This document shows positions 58,659-64,000 of a stretch of 64,000 bases of DNA, piece after piece (the first letter of the stretch is position 1; every line of letters starts with the position of its first letter). The stretch lies in contig CAVSOU010000011.1 of the NCBI GenBank assembly GCA_963729625.1, positions 288,001 to 352,000 of the forward strand, given 5' to 3'. Both the position numbers and the translations under genes were made by a program. The notes beneath the pieces were generated by a model, which saw nothing but the letters and a program-made list of their open reading frames with translations, ran no database searches and was not told where the DNA came from. The DNA is from an uncultured bacterium (GTDB lineage Bacteria; Chloroflexota; UBA5177; JANWHV01).

Positions 58659-61402
58659 CTACTTACCTCCAACTGACTACCGAAACCGTCGTTATCGGGT
58701 TGAGCTGAGAAAATACGTTGGACGTTACTGAGCGGGATACTGAAGTGATAGACTCCTGAACCGATCTCCAGTACTGGCGAGCCGTGGCCGACCGTGCCGC
58801 CGGCGAGGACAGACATCCCGTCCACCGGCACATCATCCTCGAGCACGGCGCCCAGCCGGGATGCCGGCAGGTACACAGCAGCAACTGTATTCACGGGTAT
58901 CTCAAGGGCCAGCTCGCAAGCCTCGTCGGTGAGCCGCCACGAACAGCCGATGCGCCCGTAGAGTGACCGGTGTTCCGCTTCCACCCACGTGAGATCCCCG
59001 ACCACGTGTGGCTGAATGCGAAAGTGCTGGAATCCCGGAGCTTCGAGATCCGGCATGATGCCGCCGAGCGTCTTGAACAGCCATGCGCTGATATCGCCGA
59101 ACATAATATGGTTCTGCGAGGAGCGCCCTTCCCAATCTTCCCACAGCGTCGTCGCGCCTTGCTCGATCCAGTAGCCCCAGCTCGGGAAGGTCGTCTGCGT
59201 GGCAAGGGCATAGGCGACGGCCGCATGGCCGTATTGGCCGAGTACGTTCAGCACGTACTTCGTGCCCAGGATGCCGCAGTTCAGATGACCGTCGTGCAGG
59301 GCGATTGCCCTGAGGAGCGCATCGACCACTTTGTCCTGCTCGGCAGGTTCCACGAGTCCTTGAAAGAGCGCGCAAGCCTGCGACGTCTGGTCGCCCTCTG
59401 CATAACGCCCCAGTGCCGGGTCATAGAACCTGGCGTTGAAGGCGGTCTTCACCGCTTCCGCCGACTCCTCATACTGCCGGGCATCGTCGTCTCTGCCGAG
59501 CATGGAGGCTATCCGTGCGATCAGCCTGCAGTTCGCGTGGTAGTAGCCGGTCGAGGTCAGCGCTGTCGGGGACTCATGCCCATCCGGTTCCCCTCCAGGT
59601 GGGCACCAGTCACCCAGGCCGAACGAGATGATGTGGTCGGTCGCCATGCTCGTCATGAAGTCCACGTAGCGGCGCATGCCATCATAGTGGGTCTCCAGGA
59701 TCCGCCGGTCGCCGCTGTACAGATACAGGTACCAGGGAATATGCGTGTAGGCGCTGTCCCAGGCCGGCCCGCTGCCCCAGTTGAAGCCCCAGCCTCCGGT
59801 GGGCACGACACCGGGCAGCTGGCCGTTTGCGCGCTGGATGTCGGCGAAGTCCGTCAGCCATTTCGTGTAGGCGGCCTGCGGGGCGAAGTTCAGCAGGCCG
59901 GTCTCGGCGGCCAGCATCGCGTCGCCTGTCCAGCCGTTCTTCTCCCGGTGCGGGCAATCGGTCGGGATGCCCACGAAGTTCGTCAGATATGACCAGCGTG
60001 TGCAGGTCTGGATGGCGTTGAGCAGCGGGTTGGAGCAGCGGAACTCGCCCGTTGGGTCCATGGCGGTGTGCACGACCCGGCCGCGCAGGCTGTCGAGGCT
60101 GGGGTTGCCAGGGAAGCCCGTCAGCTGCACGTAGCGGAAGCCGTGATAGGTGAAGCGCGGTTCCCAGACCTCCTCGTCTTCGCCCTTGAGCGTATAGCGG
60201 TCGGTCTGGCATTCGCCGCTCCGGATCAGCCCGGCAATCAGCGACTGGTCGATGTCGCCATCCGGCGCCAGCCGCTCGGCATAGCGGAGCGTCACGGTCG
60301 CACCGGCTACTCCTCGTACGGTCAGTTGTGACCAGCCGGAAATGTTCTGGCCCAGATCATAGATGTAGACATTGGGATGGACTTCCGCCATGGAGACCGG
60401 TGTCAGCGTCTGCATGACCTTGCACGGCGGCATCTGCTGCGCCGCCAGGACGCCCCCCGGACTGGACACGATCATAGCGGGCAGCCAGTCAGCCGCGTCA
60501 TAGCCTGTAGCTTGCCATCCCGGTCTCTCCCGACGGGCGTCGTAGGTCTCCCCGTTGCGCAGTCCATCGAAGACGACCGGCCCGGTCGTCGTCTGCCAGG
60601 TGGCGTCACTGCAGATCGTTCTCGTGCTGCCGTTCGCAAACGTGAGGCACAACTGCACTAGCAGCTTGGGCCGGTCACGCCAGGGGGCTTTCTCATAATC
60701 CCAGCCACACGCCGTGTGGCAGTCGTACCATCCGGTTCCCAGCATTACGCCGACAACATTCTCGCCGGTGCCGAGCATGCCGGTGATGTCGTGCGTGATG
60801 TACAGTGCCCGTTTGTCGTAGTGGGTGACCACCGGATCGAGGACGTGATCGCCCACTTTCCGGCCGTTGAGGTAGAGCTCGTGGAATCCCAGCCCGCAGA
60901 TGTAGGCTCGTGCCGACGCTACGGGGCGATCCAGACTGAATGCCTTGCGGAAGAGGGAACCGGGAATAGACGGTGGACCCAGCGGCGTGGAAGGGTTGGG
61001 CGCGCCTATCCACTGCGCGTGCCAATCTCGGTGGCTGAGCAGGCCCATCTCCCACCAGCTCACCTCGCTGAACGGTCCCGTCTGCCCGTCCCGATCGCGG
61101 GCGCGCACTGTCCAGTAGTACCGCTGTCCCGACCGCAACTGCGCACCTGCATAGGGCACCTGGACCGACTGCCCGGAAGTGACCCAGCCGGAGTCCCACA
61201 CGTCTCCGGTGCCATGCTGCAGTATCCGCGGCGCACTCCCGACCAGGATCTGGTACGCCGATTGCCGTTGCTCGCGTTCGTCGGCCCGCAGCTCCCAGCT
61301 GAGGCGTGGGGCGTGCGTGTCTATACCCAGGGGTGTCTGCAGGTATTCGCAGCGCAGCCGAACTGGCATGAGCGAGGCAGGCGCGTGGATCTCGGCCATC
61401 AT
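58397..61402 (-). CDS. GH78 alpha-L-rhamnosidase; homology ends near 58740, but the frame stays open into the GH29 gene
   Basis: LRCEYL.TPLGID..PRLSW, GLGFHEL, GETYDAR, PRFTYHGFRYV, IPTDCPHREKNGWTGD, GDWCPP, GATTLWE, GSGVYHF. Confidence 0.9.
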   Translation of the reverse strand: MMAEIHAPASLMPVRLRCEYLQTPLGIDTHAPRLSWELRADEREQRQSAYQILVGSAPRILQHGTGDVWDSGWVTSGQSVQVPYAGAQLRSGQRYYWTVRARDRDGQTGPFSEVSWWEMGLLSHRDWHAQWIGAPNPSTPLGPPSIPGSLFRKAFSLDRPVASARAYICGLGFHELYLNGRKVGDHVLDPVVTHYDKRALYITHDITGMLGTGENVVGVMLGTGWYDCHTACGWDYEKAPWRDRPKLLVQLCLTFANGSTRTICSDATWQTTTGPVVFDGLRNGETYDARRERPGWQATGYDAADWLPAMIVSSPGGVLAAQQMPPCKVMQTLTPVSMAEVHPNVYIYDLGQNISGWSQLTVRGVAGATVTLRYAERLAPDGDIDQSLIAGLIRSGECQTDRYTLKGEDEEVWEPRFTYHGFRYVQLTGFPGNPSLDSLRGRVVHTAMDPTGEFRCSNPLLNAIQTCTRWSYLTNFVGIPTDCPHREKNGWTGDAMLAAETGLLNFAPQAAYTKWLTDFADIQRANGQLPGVVPTGGWGFNWGSGPAWDSAYTHIPWYLYLYSGDRRILETHYDGMRRYVDFMTSMATDHIISFGLGDWCPPGGEPDGHESPTALTSTGYYHANCRLIARIASMLGRDDDARQYEESAEAVKTAFNARFYDPALGRYAEGDQTSQACALFQGLVEPAEQDKVVDALLRAIALHDGHLNCGILGTKYVLNVLGQYGHAAVAYALATQTTFPSWGYWIEQGATTLWEDWEGRSSQNHIMFGDISAWLFKTLGGIMPDLEAPGFQHFRIQPHVVGDLTWVEAEHRSLYGRIGCSWRLTDEACELALEIPVNTVAAVYLPASRLGAVLEDDVPVDGMSVLAGGTVGHGSPVLEIGSGVYHFSIPLSNVQRIFSAQPDNDGFGSQLEVSRCCNPGSRKPSSASSSIGASMPSTAPRNRGRSSTATYPMPHTWLSWTGSRRIATTRRPGPTCSGAPGHATQCSPANITTAWPSGRRR

Positions 61403-61434
61403 GTTGCTTCCCCCTTCATGGTGCTGGAGTCTCC

Positions 61435-62550
61435 CTAGCCGAACACCGCGTGCATCCGGTCGCAGTAATACCGCACGGTGTCCCACTCGGCATCGGGAGC
61501 GATGCGATGATCCGGGCACGGGATGTAGCCACCCAGAGCGACCAGAGGGCGGAGGCGCTCGATCTCGGCGTCGACCGCCGCGCGATCCCGAGCGAAAACC
61601 CGCTTGTCCATGCCGCCGACGCCGCGGAGCTCGCGCCCGAAGCGCTCGCGCCAGGAGGCGATGCTGGCATTCCAGGTGCCGACCTCGATCGGGAACATCG
61701 TGTTTACCCCGTTTCGCAGCCATATCGGCAGCAAGCGGTCGATCTTGCCATCACAGTCGAGCGATACGATGTCGATGCCGTGATCGTGCAATAGCCGGGT
61801 GATGCGTGCGTAGTGCGGGCCAACCTTGCGCTCGAAGACGGCGGGATTGACCAGTGGTCCGTTCTTAAAACAGATATCTTCCCAGAAGTGCCCGAAATCG
61901 AAGATGACACCAGAGGCAAGGACCTGCCGAGTAACGTCGTAGCACAAATCAGCGACCGTCGTGATCATCTCGTCCACGAGGTCCTCGTCGTCGGCGAGCA
62001 GATAGCTGAGCCCCACGACACCACACCAGTCGCGGAGCTTGCCGAACAGGCTGCCGCAGTGGATGCCGATCGGCGTGTCGCGGTCGTGCGCGTTGCGCAC
62101 CGCCTCCAGCGCCTCGCGGTCAATTCGCCCGGCCGCCGGTTGCAGTCGCGGCTTGTAATGCTCTTCCCAGCCGGCTCGGTCTTTGAGCAGGTGGTCGACT
62201 TCCGCGGGGATCGAGCGTAGGCCGTCTTTCTGCATGACAACGACCCCGTCGACGCTGACGATCAGCCTGGTGCCGTCGGGTCGTTCCTCTACTACGCGCT
62301 CCTTGAACGGCGGCTCGAGCCCGGAGTTGGCGGCGAAGCAGGAGTACCAGTTGAAATCGAAACCGAGCCGGGCCGAGAGCGTCTGGTCCCACTGATTGCC
62401 GTCAGCGAAACCCTGCGCCTCCTCCGATGACACATGTCCGTCGGCCCGCCACTTGGCGAGCGTCTCTTCCCAGAACCCAAAATGGACTACCGGCAGCCGG
62501 TCATAGGCTGTGTAGCGGAGCAGGGCCAGCGTTCGCTCCCTGTTCGTCAT
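61435..62550 (-). CDS. Uroporphyrinogen-decarboxylase/MtaA-like protein
   Basis: MTNRER, FWEDICFKNGPLVNP, LDCDG, FPIEV, GGMDKR, GGYIPCPDHRI. Confidence 0.82.
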   Translation of the reverse strand: MTNRERTLALLRYTAYDRLPVVHFGFWEETLAKWRADGHVSSEEAQGFADGNQWDQTLSARLGFDFNWYSCFAANSGLEPPFKERVVEERPDGTRLIVSVDGVVVMQKDGLRSIPAEVDHLLKDRAGWEEHYKPRLQPAAGRIDREALEAVRNAHDRDTPIGIHCGSLFGKLRDWCGVVGLSYLLADDEDLVDEMITTVADLCYDVTRQVLASGVIFDFGHFWEDICFKNGPLVNPAVFERKVGPHYARITRLLHDHGIDIVSLDCDGKIDRLLPIWLRNGVNTMFPIEVGTWNASIASWRERFGRELRGVGGMDKRVFARDRAAVDAEIERLRPLVALGGYIPCPDHRIAPDAEWDTVRYYCDRMHAVFG

Positions 62551-62694
62551 TGCGTCATTGTCCTTCTCACTCTCTGGCGGTCAGAGATGGCGGACGTACG
62601 AACCGGAGCCCACAGCGGTTACCGCCTCGCGTGTGCTTGCTCCAGGTGCTGCTCTCCAGATATGGTAGCTTTGGTCGGTCCCCACCCGACTGTA

Positions 62695-63472
62695 TCATTG
62701 TCCGGCGCCGTCCCCACTCGCCGGACGCGGCAAGACGAGGTAGCTCCCACCCGTCTCGACAGCGAAGTGCACGACACAAACCTCCGGACACGTGACAGGC
62801 ACCGGCAGACTACCCCGCGACACCGTCAAAGGCTGGAGGCCCCGCACACGGCATATGCCATTGCGCGATGCATCGATGATCGCACACTGCAGGGTCCCGT
62901 CTTGCCATGCGATTGCCGCCTCAAAGCCGCCTCGTGCCCGCAAGCCCTGCACTTTGCCCGCCGGCCACGCGCTGGGGAGGGCAGGAAGCAGGTGGATTTC
63001 ACCGTCGTGGCTCTGGAGCAACATCTCGACGATCCCCGCCGTCACACCGAAGCTCGCGTCAATCTGGAACGGCGGATGGGCTACGAACATGTTGGGATAC
63101 AGCCCGGCACCGGCGCCGGCATAGCTCGTGCCGGCCGTCGTGGTCGGGACAATCAGGCGTGAAAGCAGGCTGCAGGCCCGGTCTCCGTCCTGCAGCCGGG
63201 CCCACTGGCTGATCCTCCAGGCAATCGCCCAGCCGGTGGCCTCGTCCCCGCGCAACTCCAGGCTCTTGCGCGCGGCTCGCGACAGCGCCGGGGTGCCGCG
63301 CAGCGTGATCTGTCGCCCGGGGTGTAGGCCGAACAGGTGGGACGTGTGGCGATGCCGATCCTCGGGATCGTCCCAATCCTCCGACCATTCCTGAAGCTGG
63401 CCGAGCCGGCCGATACGCGGCGGGGTGAGACGCGCGCGGGCAGCGGCCAGTTGCACCTGAAAGTCGCGATCG
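62695..63472 (-). pseudogene. C-terminal third of a GH95 alpha-1,2-fucosidase
   Basis: GQLQEW, HRHTSHLFGLHPG, TGWAIAWR, LYPNMFVAHPPFQIDA, EMLLQSH, LLPALP, GLRARGG; no GH95 sequence upstream of ~63472. Confidence 0.8.
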
Positions 63473-63474
63473 AA

Positions 63475-64000
63475 GTTCTCCAGCGCGATGCCCTGGGCAA
63501 AGCGACGGTGCGCGGAGAGTCGGGAGACAGCACCGATCTGCCCGTGGGTGGGCCCTATGCGATTCGCGGAGCGACGGGCGTGCTGGTGGGGGACATCTGG
63601 GTTTTGGCCGGGCAAAGCAACATGGAGGGCGTGGGGGACCTGGTGGATGTCGAAGAACCCTCCCCGTTCGTGCACTCATTCCAGTCCCGCGAGGAGTGGG
63701 CGATCGCGGAGGAGCCCTTGCACTGGCTCTATGAGTCGCCGCAGCCGGTGCATCATCGCTTGTTTGACCGGGAACCTATACCTGACAGACTCGAGGAGCG
63801 TGATCCGAGCCGGGCCAAGGGCGCCGGCCTTGGCCTTCCCTTTGCCAAGCACCTGCACGCATGCACGGGTGTGCCGATCGGTCTCGTCCCCTGTGCGCAC
63901 GGGGGCACGACGATGGCGCACTGGGATCCGCGCCTCAATGACGGATCGGGTGAATCGCTCTACGGGGCCTTGTTACGGCGCATTCATGCAGTGGGCGGCA
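63475..64000 (+). pseudogene. Sialate O-acetylesterase (SASA domain) gene, 5'-truncated or lacking a start, running off the window
   Basis: Manual translation VLQRD..LPVGGPY..VLVGDIWVLAGQSNMEG..AEEPLH..GAGLGLPFA..PIGLVPCAHGGT..W..LYG. Confidence 0.75.

Overview
GC-rich bacterial chromosomal window. The DUF5719-type proteins, the GAAC-N4-GTTC-type SOS box and the transposase type suggest Chloroflexota or another Terrabacteria lineage, which is inference only. In order, it holds: two tandem paralogous ~1000-aa secreted Ig-repeat/DUF5719-like proteins downstream of an MprAB-like two-component system; a partly decayed sugar-phosphate island (xfp with an in-frame TGA, class I fba, manA, HAD-IIB PMM, GH130, P3A H+-ATPase, and stubs of PRC/HAD/ppk2/glgP); URO-D-fold proteins interleaved with glycoside hydrolases (GH20, GH29, GH78, GH95); a ferric-reductase/FMN-binding pair; lyxose isomerase, GH1 and GH149; a 2-oxoacid:ferredoxin oxidoreductase; LysX-like, GNAT, NSAR/MenC and HNH genes; cobB, kbaZ/gatZ, marR-yceI; and an IS remnant. 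The strongest novelty candidates are (i) a ~300-nt nested, multi-hairpin non-coding segment behind a LexA-type box at 30137-30470, (ii) a seven-unit 11-bp-phased MprA-type repeat array at 25380-25451 with a matching box beside the two-component system, and (iii) the recurring URO-D-like/glycosidase association. No rRNA, tRNA or CRISPR array was seen. Several single-base indels (46.2-46.8 kb) and abrupt gene junctions mean assembly error must be excluded for some calls. All family assignments come from motifs recognised by eye, not from searches.
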